Below are positions 52,296 to 64,000 of a DNA stretch of 64,000 nt, piece after piece. The notes beneath the pieces were generated by a model. It saw only the letters and a list, made by a program, of their open reading frames with translations, had not been told where the DNA came from and ran no database searches. The stretch is taken from positions 48,794,001-48,858,000 of the forward strand of contig NC_043003.1 of the NCBI RefSeq assembly GCF_006345805.1. Reading direction: 5' to 3'. Positions within the stretch are counted from its first letter, which is position 1. The number at the start of each line of letters is the position of its first letter. Origin of the DNA: Octopus sinensis (lineage: Eukaryota). The translations under genes were made by a program, and so were the position numbers.

Positions 52296-53284
52296 GAGAA
52301 AAACCTCTATTATGCATATTCACAGCATATAGAAAAAAATTGAACATACTATAAAAAACAATTATTCTAATAATCAATAAAGTGCATAAACAATAAATAG
52401 TAAATTGACTACATAAGTTAAATTACTTATATAACAAGTTTAGCTAATTTGTGTATATATATAAACCTTATTTCATGTTACTAATTGTTTCCGTTATAAT
52501 TTGTAGTAGTATAATGTGTGTAAATTAGTACGAGATTGTATTGTATATATTGCATAATTAGAATAAGATTAAACTAAGATGTTTATAAAATTAATTAATT
52601 AATTAATGAAAATAGATTAAATTATAGAAATTTAGCTTAATTTATGTATATTATGCATTTTATGTATTTTAGTTTTAAATTATTTAGACTTTAAAAATTT
52701 CCAGTAAATGGTATATTACAGTTAGTTTTTTTTCTTATTCTCACAGCTAAAATACATTTTGTCATTTTAACAGCTTAAATACATATTTCTATCTATTTAT
52801 TCTATAATTTTTACTTACGTCATGTTTTCATGCGATAAATTTCTTATTAACGCTAAGTTCTATGTCTTCTAAGTTAACAGAAATTCTTCGATAAGATAAG
52901 TTATGATTTTGTTTTAAGTAATTTTGTTAAATTTTATTCGATTATTTATTGTTAAAACACGTATTTTTCTATATTTATTTGGTAATTATTATAAGTTAGG
53001 TACATTTATTTTATCATTTTTATCATTATTATCATTTTAGACCTGATAAGTGACTATATTTTTAAATTGAATTAATTCTAGTTCGATTTCATTCAAAATC
53101 AAATTGATTTTATTATTATCTATTTGAAAATATAGCCACAAAATGCGCGTAGTCAATTTACTATTTATTGTTTATGTACTTTATTGATTTTTAGAATAAT
53201 TGTTTTTTATAGTATATTCAATTTTTTTCTATATGGTGTGAATAACATCTTTCACTATTGAATTGCTTAATAGAGGTTTTTCTC
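52296..53284 (+). mobile_element. Penelope-like element remnant with inverted terminal arms and a decayed HHR
   Basis: Arms 52296-52412 and 53149-53284; HHR relic at 53040-53154. Confidence 0.6.
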
Positions 53285-53367
53285 TATATACACATATTAT
53301 ATATTGTGAAATTTGGTTTAGAATTGATAAATTGAATTTTTCCCTGTAAGTTTGGAATTATATTCCC

Positions 53368-53405
<38 letters not shown>

Positions 53406-53452
53406 TATTATTATTATCATTATTATTGTTATTATATATATATATATAATAT

Positions 53453-53490
<38 letters not shown>

Positions 53491-53713
53491 GTTGTGTAGG
53501 TATCAGTTAGAGGAGTTTAAAACTTCTAAGGGATAATTAAATCCAAAGGCACCCCTGGTTATTACCTGAGTAGGTACAGTCCTTTATATATATATATATA
53601 TATATAATATATATATATATATAGTTGTGTAGGTATCAGTTAGAGGAGTTTAAAACTTCTAAGGGATAATTAAATCCAAAGGCACCCCTGGTTATTACCT
53701 GAGTAGTACAGTC

Positions 53714-53717
<4 letters not shown>
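53491..53717. repeat. Tandem duplication of a ~95-bp segment between (TA)n tracts
   Basis: Copies are identical except for a 1-nt indel. Confidence 0.9.
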
Positions 53718-53747
<30 letters not shown>

Positions 53748-53750
<3 letters not shown>

Positions 53751-54045
53751 ACTTATAAACAAGGGCAAAAGAAAAAATTCTAATGCCAAATATGCTGAAA
53801 TATAGACTTATTCATAAATAACCATATAATTTATCACTATAAGCACGTGTCTCGAAAGCAAGCCGATAAAAATTTCTAAAAAAGATTTCGTTATTATCGA
53901 ATTGGTTCCAATTTCTGAGTTAATTCATTTAGAATTTTCGAGACACGTGCTTATAGTGATAAATTATATGGTTATTGACGAATAAGTCTATATTTCGGCA
54001 TATTTGGCATTAGAATTTTTTCTTTTGCCCTTGTTTATAAGTTGT
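53748..54045. repeat. 110-bp inverted repeat
   Basis: Arms 53748-53857 and 53936-54045, few mismatches. Confidence 0.9.
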
Positions 54046-54155
54046 TTATGAAATTTAACCTTTAATGGTATTTTTTTAATATGCTGGCCATTGATAAAAA
54101 ATTTTTTGAAAATTTTTATCCTATATTAGATATATATATATATATATATATATAT

Positions 54156-54384
54156 AAAGGAAATGAAGAAAATGCTGACAAAATAATTTAAGTTAGGGAG
54201 AGTGTATTTAATTAGGTGAAAGTTCTTTTTACCGGTTGCGCATTTGTTATGCTTATCAAAAGATATTTTTTTAAGAGAGATAGAGTTCCTTTCTGATAGA
54301 TTTTTTTCTCTTATCTGGTAACAGATAATTAAATACACTCTCCCTTACTTAAATTATTTTGTCAGCATTTTCTTCATTTCCTTT
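54156..54384. repeat. 59-bp inverted repeat
   Basis: Arms 54156-54214 and 54326-54384, one mismatch seen. Confidence 0.9.
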
Positions 54385-55016
54385 TTTTATATATCACAAC
54401 TCGTGTTCCACATCTCCTTTTTTAAATATATATATATATGTCAAAAAACATCACTCATGGCAGATGTTCTCTTGACATCATTCACACATGCCTGACTTGG
54501 TCTCAGAAGTTACAGCCGAGGGTGTTATCTATATTCGTAAAAATTAAAAGTAATTCAAATTCATTTTTTTCTTGAAACAATAAATTCTGTAGAGATTAGG
54601 ATTTAAATTCCAATCTATGAAAAGAATTCTGTTCTACAATATTCATAAAGGAATGAAACGTTATCCAACAACTCGAGCTAATATGAACTAGCCTTGTAAG
54701 TGTACAAGACTAACTGGCATCTCTTGTCAAGAGTACAGGTGACAGTCAGATTGATGATGTTTGTTGTGCACTCTGCTGTCTTTATTTGATTGGTGTTATT
54801 CTGTGCATCTGTGTGTAAAGATCAGTTGTGTTTTGCAGGTTTGCTTTATTTTTTCCTCTTAACCAAGAAGTGGAGAAAGACATAGTGCTACATATAAAAA
54901 AATAAGCCATTTGGGGCTAGAAGTGTGGAAAAACGTGAAATTCTTCAAGAATGTGTGTGTCTTATGCAAAATCTGTGATGAATTCAAGTGACACTGATGG
55001 CCTGGAGTTGCCTATC

Positions 55017-55061
<45 letters not shown>

Positions 55062-55803
55062 ATATATATATACATATATGTATATATATATATAATATAT
55101 ATATATGTATATGTTTATATGTATATATATATATATACACATACATACAAATGAGGAATGCCTAAGCCTAGAATACGTAGTGTACCACAATACTGCTGGC
55201 ATTAAGAGGAGATACTTGCCCAAGCTGCTATGCAGGGAAACTGAACCTGAGCCCATATTCTTGAGAAGCAAACTTCTTAACCACACAACCACATCTTCAC
55301 TTATGTATGTATGTATGTATGTATGTATGTATGTATGTATGTATGTATGTATGTATGTGTGTGTGTGTGTATACATAGAGAGAGAGATGTATATATGAAC
55401 ATATATACACACACATCATCCATTTTATATTATCTTGCATAAAAACGCGTTTACTCTTCAATTATGCATACTTTCTTGTGAATACACTCACTGACACATA
55501 TACACATATATTTCCATACATAATTACACATTCGCACTTGCATATCCTTTTGTACTTCCTTAAGCAAATGCTCCATATCTTAAGATATATAGTGCATGTA
55601 TGTGTGTGCACAATGATCTGAGTTTGTATGAGTCATATGTAATAAATAATAATGTCATGATTTCAGAGCATGTTTAAAGCCTATTGGTTGTTTGAATCAA
55701 CAATATCTGCTGGATTGCTAGGCAATTGAGTAATTTATGCTTCAGCTATAGACTGTTAGTTGTATAGCATACATTTAGTAGTGGTAGTAGTAGCAGCAGC
55801 AGC

Positions 55804-55861
<58 letters not shown>

Positions 55862-56240
55862 AGATATGATAATAGAGGATAAAAAATAAACAAACACTGT
55901 AAGTTCATAGATTTTGCCATTCTTTATGATAGCAGAGTTTATACCAAAGAAGTTGAGAAAAATTGAGAGATAACGGGATCTTCTAGTCAGAAAGCTGAGG
56001 AGACTGTGGAGAACCGAGGTAGCAATTAGTCGTGTGATAATTGGTGCACTTGGCACAACGCCCAAAATGCTACCTAAGAGACTGAAAGATATTGGAATTG
56101 AGACTTGCATTGTCAACCTGCAGAAAAGTACCATCCTGCATTCTGCAAGAATCCTTTGAAAAATTCCTGAGATTTTAGGTGACATGTTGTTGCCAAATCT
56201 GAAGATAAAATACCTGCCAACAAAATTAGCATGTGCTCGT
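55862..56240 (+). pseudogene. R4/Dong-like non-LTR 3' end
   Basis: FIDFAI..KIER..LRRLW..VIIGALGTTPKMLPKRLKDIGI..NLQKSTILHSARIL. Lies between (TAG)n and (AAT)n. Confidence 0.8.
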
Positions 56241-56361
56241 CTAATAATGATAATAATAATGATGATAATAATAATAATAATAATAATAATATAATAATAA
56301 TAATAATAATAATTATAATAATAATAATAATAATGATAATAATAATAATAATGATAATAAT

Positions 56362-56930
56362 AAACAAATACATAACAAAAAACCAGGACTTACAAATATA
56401 TATAACATACAGAAAATTGCACTACTGGGCACTGCACACACCCTATGCAAAACACTTTCACTACATTAACCATAAGAGCATCACAGCAAACCACAGCACA
56501 TACCCAAGGCCAATAAGCCAGATATAGTTGTCAGAGATCAGCAAGAAAAAATGCTTTCTAATCAATGTATCAATACCAACAGATGACAATGTTTCTCTAA
56601 AAGAAACAGAAACTTTCAAAATACAAAAATCTGTAAATAGAGGTGACTCAAATGTGGAGTCTAAAAGCAGAAACAATTCCTATCATAGTAGTCGCATTAG
56701 GTATAATAAAAAATATTCAGACAAGTACATAACAAAAACACCAGGACTAACAAGTATATATAACATACAGAAAATAGAACTTCTAGACACTGCACACATC
56801 CTATGTAAAACAGTTTCAATACAGCAAAAATAAGAACATCAGAACAAACTACAGCATATACCCAAGGCACACACAACTGCGCTCAGTAGGGCAGTGAAAG
56901 CATGTGATAAAAATAAGACTACTGAATAAT
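56362..56930 (+). pseudogene. Two tandem R4/Dong-like 3' ends (56362-56508, 56509-56930)
   Basis: ANKPDIVVRD..CFLINVSIPTDDNVSLKETE..MWSLKAETIPIIVVALG..NIQKIELLDTAHIL; flanked by (AAT)n. Confidence 0.85.
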
Positions 56931-56944
56931 AATATTAATACTAA

Positions 56945-57159
56945 TCCTTTCTACTATAGGCACAAGGCCTGAAACTTAGGGAGAGGGGGCTAGTTGATTA
57001 CATCAACCCCAGTGTTTCACTGGTACTTAATTTATCAACCCCGAAAGGATGGAAAGCAAAGATGACCTCAGTGGAATTTGAACTCAGAATGTGAAGATTG
57101 GTGAAATGCTGCTAAGCATTTTGCCCGGTGTGCTAACATTTCTGCCAGCTCACCACCTT
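56945..57159 (-). mobile_element. SINE family B
   Basis: Reverse complement of family B. Confidence 0.85.
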
Positions 57160-57161
57160 AA

Positions 57162-57226
<65 letters not shown>

Positions 57227-57562
57227 GGTGCATGGCTCAGTGGTTAGAATGTCGAGCTTGCGATCGTGAGGTTGCTAGTTCAATTCCTTGAATAATGCTG
57301 CATGTTGTGTTCTTGAGCAAGACACTTTATTTCGTGTTGCTCCAGTTCACTCAGCTGTAGAAATGAGTTGCGATGTCACTAGTGTCAAGCTGTATCGGCC
57401 TTTGCCTTTCTCTTGGATAACATCGGTGGCCTGGAGAGTGGAGTCTGGTATGCATGGGTGACTGCTGGTCTTCCATAAAAACAACCTTGCCTGGACTTGT
57501 ACTTCGGAAGGTAACTTCCTAGGTGCAATCCCATGGAGATTCATGACTGAAGGGGGTCTTAC
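57227..57562 (+). mobile_element. SINE family C
   Basis: Homologous to 328-662. Confidence 0.85.
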
Positions 57563-57717
57563 CTCACCTCACAATAATAATAATAATAATATTTAAGGAT
57601 TGATGTTGCTCCTCCCAAAGGTAAAGGAACAATAAGAAGAGTATCGAAATGTCGAAATATTGTTCATTCGATAACAGTCGCACTCTTCTTAATGTTCCTT
57701 TAATAATAATAATAATG

Positions 57718-57748
<31 letters not shown>

Positions 57749-57749
<1 letters not shown>

Positions 57750-57962
57750 CCTTTCTACTGGAAGCACAAAGCCTGAAATTTTGGGGAAGGGATTAAGCCG
57801 ATTACATTGACCTCAGCGCGTAACTGGTACTAATTTTATCAACTCTGAAAGAATGACAGGCAAGTCGACTTTGGCAGAATTTAAACTCAGAATGTAATGG
57901 CAGACGAAATACCGCTAAGCATTTTGCCCAGTATGCTAACGATTTTGCCAGCTCGCTGACTT
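57749..57962 (-). mobile_element. SINE family B
   Basis: Reverse complement of family B, between (AAT)n tracts. Confidence 0.85.
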
Positions 57963-57985
57963 AATAATAATAATAATAATATTCT

Positions 57986-58436
57986 TTACTCTCTCTTTTA
58001 GTCTACTACTTGTTTCAGTCATTTGACTGTGGCCATGCTGGAGCACTGCTTTTAGTTGAGCAAATCGACTCCAGGACTTATTCTTTGTAAGCCTAGTATT
58101 TATTCTATTGGTCTCTTTTGCCGAACTGCTAATTTACTAGTATGTAAACATTGGTTGTCAAGCAATGTTGGGGGGACAAACACAGACATACAAACATATA
58201 CACACACACATACATATATATCAGTGGTTTTCAACCAGGGTTCCGCCAGTACAGTCCAGGGGTTCCGCAAGAAGTTACAAAACTGCTAAAATCGGCTGTA
58301 ATTTTTAGTTCTCCTGCGCAGATGTGTGCATAAGACTATTAAATTATTGCACAGGGGTTCCTCGAGCCAGTGGAATGTTTCCTTGGGGTTCCGCTCCAGC
58401 GAAAATGTTGAAAAGCACTGATATATATGTATATAT

Positions 58437-58480
<44 letters not shown>

Positions 58481-58648
58481 CATACGACGGGCTTCTTTCA
58501 GTTTCCGCCTGCCAAATCCACTCACAAGGCTTTGGTTGGCCCGAGGCTAAAGTAGAAGACACATGCCCAAGGTACCATGCAGTGGAACTGAACCCGGAAC
58601 CATGTAGTTTGTAAGCAAGTTACTTACCACACAGCCACTCCTACGTCT
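57986..58648 (-). mobile_element. SINE family A interrupted by a hAT MITE
   Basis: Both halves flank 58222-58420. Confidence 0.85.
58222..58420. mobile_element. hAT-type MITE
   Basis: CAGTGGTTTTCAAC / GTTGAAAAGCACTG; 8-bp TSD ATATATAT. Confidence 0.85.
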
Positions 58649-58716
58649 ATAAACTCACTATCTTAATCGCTTTTTACTCACCATATTCTTCTTTTTTTAC
58701 TTTCAACTGCTCAGGT

Positions 58717-58940
58717 TTTAAAGCTTCAGCATTCAGATATTACTCTGTCAAACATAAAGCTTGTATATTCATGTTGTTTTAAATTAATTACGCATTAACT
58801 GATAGTTTCAAGCTTTTGATGGTGTGATTGTTTAATTTTAGAATGACATTTTAGGGCAGGTGTGAGAAACTAGATCTGACCAGTTTGAACGTACAAGAGA
58901 TAGAATATTTGTGCCTCATATTTAAATGTTAGAGTGTTAA
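58717..58940. mobile_element. piggyBac-type MITE, diverged copy
   Basis: Homologous to 8712-8933 with TTAA at both ends. Confidence 0.7.
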
Positions 58941-59254
58941 ACTAAAAATGCTATTTGTCTCATTTAGTTTCTTTTGTGTTGTTCTTTATAATGTTTATTG
59001 ACATTAATTTATGTGTGTATATATGTGTGTGTGTGTGTGTGCATGTTGTATGTGTGTATACATGCGTGTATGTGCATGTATTGTATGTATGTGAGCATGT
59101 GTTTGTATGAATGTGTGGGCGTGCATGTGTATGTATACATATATATATATATGTATATATATATAATAGAGAGAGAGAGGGGGGAAGAAAGACAAACACA
59201 TGTTGTTATTGCTATATATAAAGCAATAATAATAGTAATATATATATATATTAT

Positions 59255-59286
<32 letters not shown>

Positions 59287-59620
59287 CATGTATAAAGAGA
59301 GGGGTAGAGCAAGAGATTTAGAGATAGAGAGAGAGCAATGATATTGGGGAAGATGGCGTAGATAATATGAAGAGGAGAGGAGATTCTTTGATGTTCTTGG
59401 TTTTGGTTCTATTGATCTGGAGGTTTCTGCTTCAAAATACTTTCCTGCATAAATTTTTACCTATATTCCCTTTACAGTTATTGTAACAGATGAAAAAAAA
59501 AGGCTGAAGCTATACAACTCTCAGTATTTTAACCTGCATATAGCTAAAATTATCAATAAGGAATCCTTTTTCCCCTACTCTTCATTTATTTCCACCTCTT
59601 TTTTAATAGTAGTAGTTGTA

Positions 59621-59698
<78 letters not shown>

Positions 59699-60093
59699 AA
59701 TAACAGCTCATTCTCTTCATTTTCCTTATAAGCCCACTTTAATTGTAATTTTATCATTTAGATAAATATCATATCTATTAATATGTACTTCCATCTAAGT
59801 CCTTTACTTGTTATTAGAATAGATAATAGAACTCTACTCTCTCTCTCTCTTTATGTATGTGTGTGCAATCATGTGTTTGTATATAAATATATATATACAC
59901 ATATATATATAATATAAATGTGCGTGAATATATGTATACATATATATGTGTGCATATATAGATAGATATACATATATATTTAATCAGCAGTTGTGATCCT
60001 GATATTCTTGGTATAGAAAACACAGTAGCACTCAAATAATATATATGTTGTGTATCAAACCCAATCTGTTGTATTTAATTTGTTTATCTGCAT

Positions 60094-60139
<46 letters not shown>

Positions 60140-60159
60140 ATACATACATACATACATAC

Positions 60160-60340
60160 AAATCAAAAGTAAAAAACAGGAAAAGCTGATAAAAGTAAAT
60201 TAGAAATACCCAGTGAATATAAGTGAAAGTTTTAGATGAGGAAAATAGGAGTGATGTTTCAAGCTTCATCAGAAAGAGGAAAAGTCCAGAGAGAAAGAAA
60301 AGGAGGAAAGAGCAGAGTCCAAGAAAAGCACATGTGTTGC
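60160..60340 (-). mobile_element. Penelope-like fragment with a truncated HHR
   Basis: Minus CTGATGA-AGCTT-GAAA-CA-TC; resembles 28629-28840. Confidence 0.45.
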
Positions 60341-61119
60341 GTATACACACACACACACACACATGCACACGCACACACACATGTATAAATGTGTGTATGC
60401 AGACACTATTTGAGCACTAGATATGTTCTGTACAGAAGACATGTAGTAGAGCTCTAATCTCCAAATTGTTCATCCATGATGAATTCTTCATCCAGAATTC
60501 GTCATCCAGGATTAAGAGAAATCAAAGCCAAGTTGATATGGAGCTAGTGATGCAAATAAACACAATTAGTCTTGACATACATACACACACACGCACAAAT
60601 ATATTTTGCTTAAAAATACAGAATGCTGAGAAGAGAATACATAGACTCTTAGCACAACACCTGTTTCAGGGAGCTTAGATTTATGTGTGCATGTGCATGA
60701 TATGTCTATATATGTACACACAAACACGTGCACACACACACATGCACACACACACGCATACACAAATGCACGCACGCACACACACACACACACACAACAC
60801 ACACACACACACATCAATGTATTTAGTCATGCAAATATATATAGTGCATAGGTGCATATATATATAATTTGGTAAACCAGTATGTGATACACTTTCAATA
60901 TTTTTAGTAAGTGTACAATTCTTTGAAACCATTATTGATAGTGTGTGTGTATATATATGTATGTGTGTGTGTGTGTGTGTGTGTGGTGTGTATACTGGGT
61001 GTGATGGATAAATTGTTGCCATTTTATATTTTTAATTTTGTGCATGTTCATTGTTTGTTTTTGATTTTGTCAGCTATATAGTATAGTAGGGGCAGTTGGG
61101 CACTGTCTGTGAGCAAAAT

Positions 61120-61851
61120 AGCATCATGATGCAATTCATCCTGCCAGAAATTTGGAAATGACATGCTGTACTGCTTAGCATTCACACTGGAAGATTCAAT
61201 ACGAAGATTTCAGAGTGTTTGGGTGTCGATCTGAGGACATGTACAGAGAGTGATAAAAATCAAACACCCAGTCAACATCATGATATTTGGAGTGATCACT
61301 AGTGATGGTGATGCTATGTCTCCATTCATCTTCCCACGCAGCCTCAGACTCAACACAGAGGCCTACATCAAGGTCATGGAGGAGGTAGTGCTACTCTAGA
61401 TCAGGAGGGTGGCTGCTTCAAGAACCTATGTCTGGCAACAGGGCTCTGCACCATGCCACTCAAGCAAGAGAACCCAGTCATGGCTGTCAGACAATTTCTG
61501 CAACCACACCACCCCTAACATCTGATCACCTAACTCCCCAACTCCCCAGACTGCAGCCCCCTTGATTATTTTGTGTGGAGCGCAGTTGAGCGAGAGACCA
61601 AGATGAACTGAAGGCAAGGATTATGGCAACATGCGCCAACTTAAACAAGGAGACATTCCAGAAGAGTTGCAGGAGATTCCAAAGTCATCTGGAGGCCGTG
61701 GTTGAATCCAATGGCAATTTTATTGAATAAATTTACTCTTTAGTATTTCAAGATATTTTTATGTAATTTTGGTAAATATATGTTAAAATGAGATGTCAGT
61801 GTTATTTTCAGTTTTGCGTAATTTAGATAACACTATATTCACTGCACCTTG
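61120..61851 (+). pseudogene. Decayed maT (DD37D) transposon
   Basis: KHPVNIMIFGVITSDG..PFIF..YVWQQ(G)SAPCH..PDCSPLDYFVW. 37 residues between catalytic positions after removing a short duplication; ends CACCTTG|TA. Confidence 0.85.
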
Positions 61852-61879
61852 TATGTATAAATACACACACACACACACG

Positions 61880-61910
<31 letters not shown>

Positions 61911-62414
61911 TCCGTTGTGATTATGGTTTCAATAATTAAACTATTTTTATGTGGGATTTTATAAAGTATTTTTGTTTTCCTATCTAATTATGTTTTGTGG
62001 TATGTGGCATGATAACAGTAAATATATCACAAAATATGCCTAATGAAATTACATAAACTGCACCTAAAATCTGTTACATGAACCTGACGTACAAAAACTA
62101 TTGAAAGGACAAAGATTTAATATAAAAACCCACGTAAAATGCAACAAAAAATTCATCACATCCAATCATAAATTAAAACTAATAATATACTACAAAAGCA
62201 AGAAAAACTAAACTTTCCTTATTAATATCACACCAAAACTCAAGAACAAACTGTGGAAGATAAATGGGATTTATATGTGTAAAACTTCAGGAAGTTGTAA
62301 ACTTTAGGATATTAGCAGTTACATTGGCCAACACTTTTATCTAGCTCACCATGAAAGGATGGCTTAGTGATAGAAATGGTTATACGAAATGGTTATACAA
62401 AATGGTTATACAAA

Positions 62415-62649
62415 AGGTGGCGAGCTGGCAGAAACGTTAGCACGCTGGGCAAAATGCTTAATGGTATTTCGTCTGCCGTTACAATCTGAGTTCAAATTCC
62501 ACCAAGGTTAACTTAGCCTTTCATCCTTTCAGGGTCAATTAAATAAGTACCAGTTACTCACTGGGGTCGATGTAATCGATTTGATCCCTTTGTCTATCCT
62601 TGTTTGTCCCCTCTATGTTTAGCCCCTTGTGGGCAATAAAGAAATAAGA
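62415..62649 (+). mobile_element. SINE family B, full length
   Basis: Matches 4940-5173. Confidence 0.9.
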
Positions 62650-62659
62650 AATAGTTATT

Positions 62660-63093
62660 TGACGGGGTGCTGAAAAAGTTCTTGGTTTTAAGGGTATTGT
62701 GAAAGGTCTTCTGAGTTCTTTTTACAGGGCTTAGAAAAAGTGAAGGACCACTGCAATAAGTGTGTGAATCTGAAAGGGGAATATGTTGAGTAAAATCGTA
62801 ATTAACTGATCCTCTTATATATTCAGAAACATGACTTTCAGAAACATTTTTTCACGCTAAGAGTTGCTGAAGTATGGAACAAACTGCCAGCATCAGTTGT
62901 TAGTTGTCGGAGCACTGCATCCTTCAAAACTTCCATGCTTCCTGAGATTTGCCAACACTACACCTGATTTTCTCCCCTCCATACCACATGCAAGCATGTA
63001 TCTGACTCATACATTGTTCGCTTTCCAGACATTTGTACATTACTGCATATGCTTTATATGCACTTTTGACAAGTTGTGGTGTATACAATAATT

Positions 63094-63175
<82 letters not shown>

Positions 63176-63278
63176 GTACTGTATACAATAATTTCATTAT
63201 TATTATATTATTATTATTATTATATTATTATTATTATTCTTTTAGCCAAAACCAGGAATTTTTCAGCACTTCATCATA
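62660..63278 (+). mobile_element. Mariner-derived MITE interrupted by a CR1 3' end
   Basis: TIRs gtgctgaaaaagttcttggtttt / aaaaccaggaatttttcagcac; transposase tail CNKCVNLKGEYVE*. Confidence 0.75.
62822..63236 (+). pseudogene. CR1-type LINE 3' end with (TAT)n tail
   Basis: FFTLRVAEVWNKLPASVVSCRSTASFKT is typical of the CR1 ORF2 C-terminus. Confidence 0.8.
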
Positions 63279-63857
63279 GTGTTGAAAAGTCCTAAAGTTT
63301 TTAGCATCATCATCCTCTACTTTCATGTTCTCTGTATGCTCTATTTCAAATCTGTCTGGAATCAACTTTCATCTAAAAGAAAAATAAATTGTTGCCAAAA
63401 AACAAAAAAAAATTGTAGCAAAAAAAAAAAACATTGTAGTCTTACATTTTACTGTTGCAATGCAAGAAATTGTTTTTTTTTGTTTTGTTTTATGTTGTTG
63501 CTTTTATAATTTTATTTTCACTTCTAATTTTAAATTATTTCTGTTATCCTCAACTATATTTTCAGTGTGTATATACTTATAGCCGTTTCTGCATTGTTGT
63601 TAAGCTTCTTAGGTGCAATGGCAAACGTTGGTGAGTCTTTTATACATTGCTCTAAGCATTTTGGTGTTATATGTCTGTTTGCCTGTTTGCCTGTCTGTCT
63701 GTTTGTCTGTTAATTTGTCTGTATGCCCGTCTGAATGTATGTATATCAGATTAGGGCCATCGTACTTAATGAGGCAAAGAGAAAAATCAGATTAATTAAT
63801 TAATACCATTATTTTTCATATGGGTCACATCCTCTGTGTAATTTTCTGTATATATTT

Positions 63858-64000
63858 TATCCTTCACTTGCTTCAGTCATTGAATTGTGGCCATGTTGGA
63901 GCACTATCTGGAAGGGTTCAGTTGAACAATTCAACCCCAGTGTTTATTTTTAAGCCTTGTGCTTATTTTTCAGTCTCTTTTGCTGAACTGCTAAGTTATG
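63858..64000 (-). mobile_element. SINE family A 3' part, runs off the window
   Basis: Family A tail motifs. Confidence 0.7.

Noticed and set aside
54700-55010. Exon after ttttgcag at 54838
   Set aside because: Frames are interrupted; it resembles a decayed mariner 5' region but is too degraded to list as a feature.

Overview
AT-rich eukaryotic DNA with dense microsatellites and transposons. It most likely comes from an octopod cephalopod; this is inferred from recalled SINE families, not from a database search. There are no operons, rRNA genes, true tRNA genes or CRISPR arrays, and most listed ORFs are translations of microsatellites or SINEs. The window holds dozens of tRNA-headed SINE copies from several families. 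It also holds a decayed Tx1/L1-type LINE, 3' ends of R4/Dong, RTE and CR1 elements, Tc1/mariner/maT remnants, and hAT, piggyBac and Merlin-like MITEs. Penelope-like fragments carry minimal hammerhead ribozyme (HHR) motifs. Host-gene evidence is limited to a probable minus-strand terminal exon (14053-14142) and probable plus-strand 5' exons (46894-46972, 48760-48854). These flank a CpG-retaining block at about 28-46.5 kb. The best leads are: (1) a tRNA-headed SINE-like element with an intact minimal hammerhead ribozyme (9091-9400); (2) decayed HHRs, one at the boundary of an inverted repeat; (3) a ~110-bp pseudoknotted element found twice inside (TA)n; (4) an intronic inverted copy of a splice acceptor; (5) a palindromic element built from two transposase 3' ends. 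All were read by eye and need computational or experimental checks.
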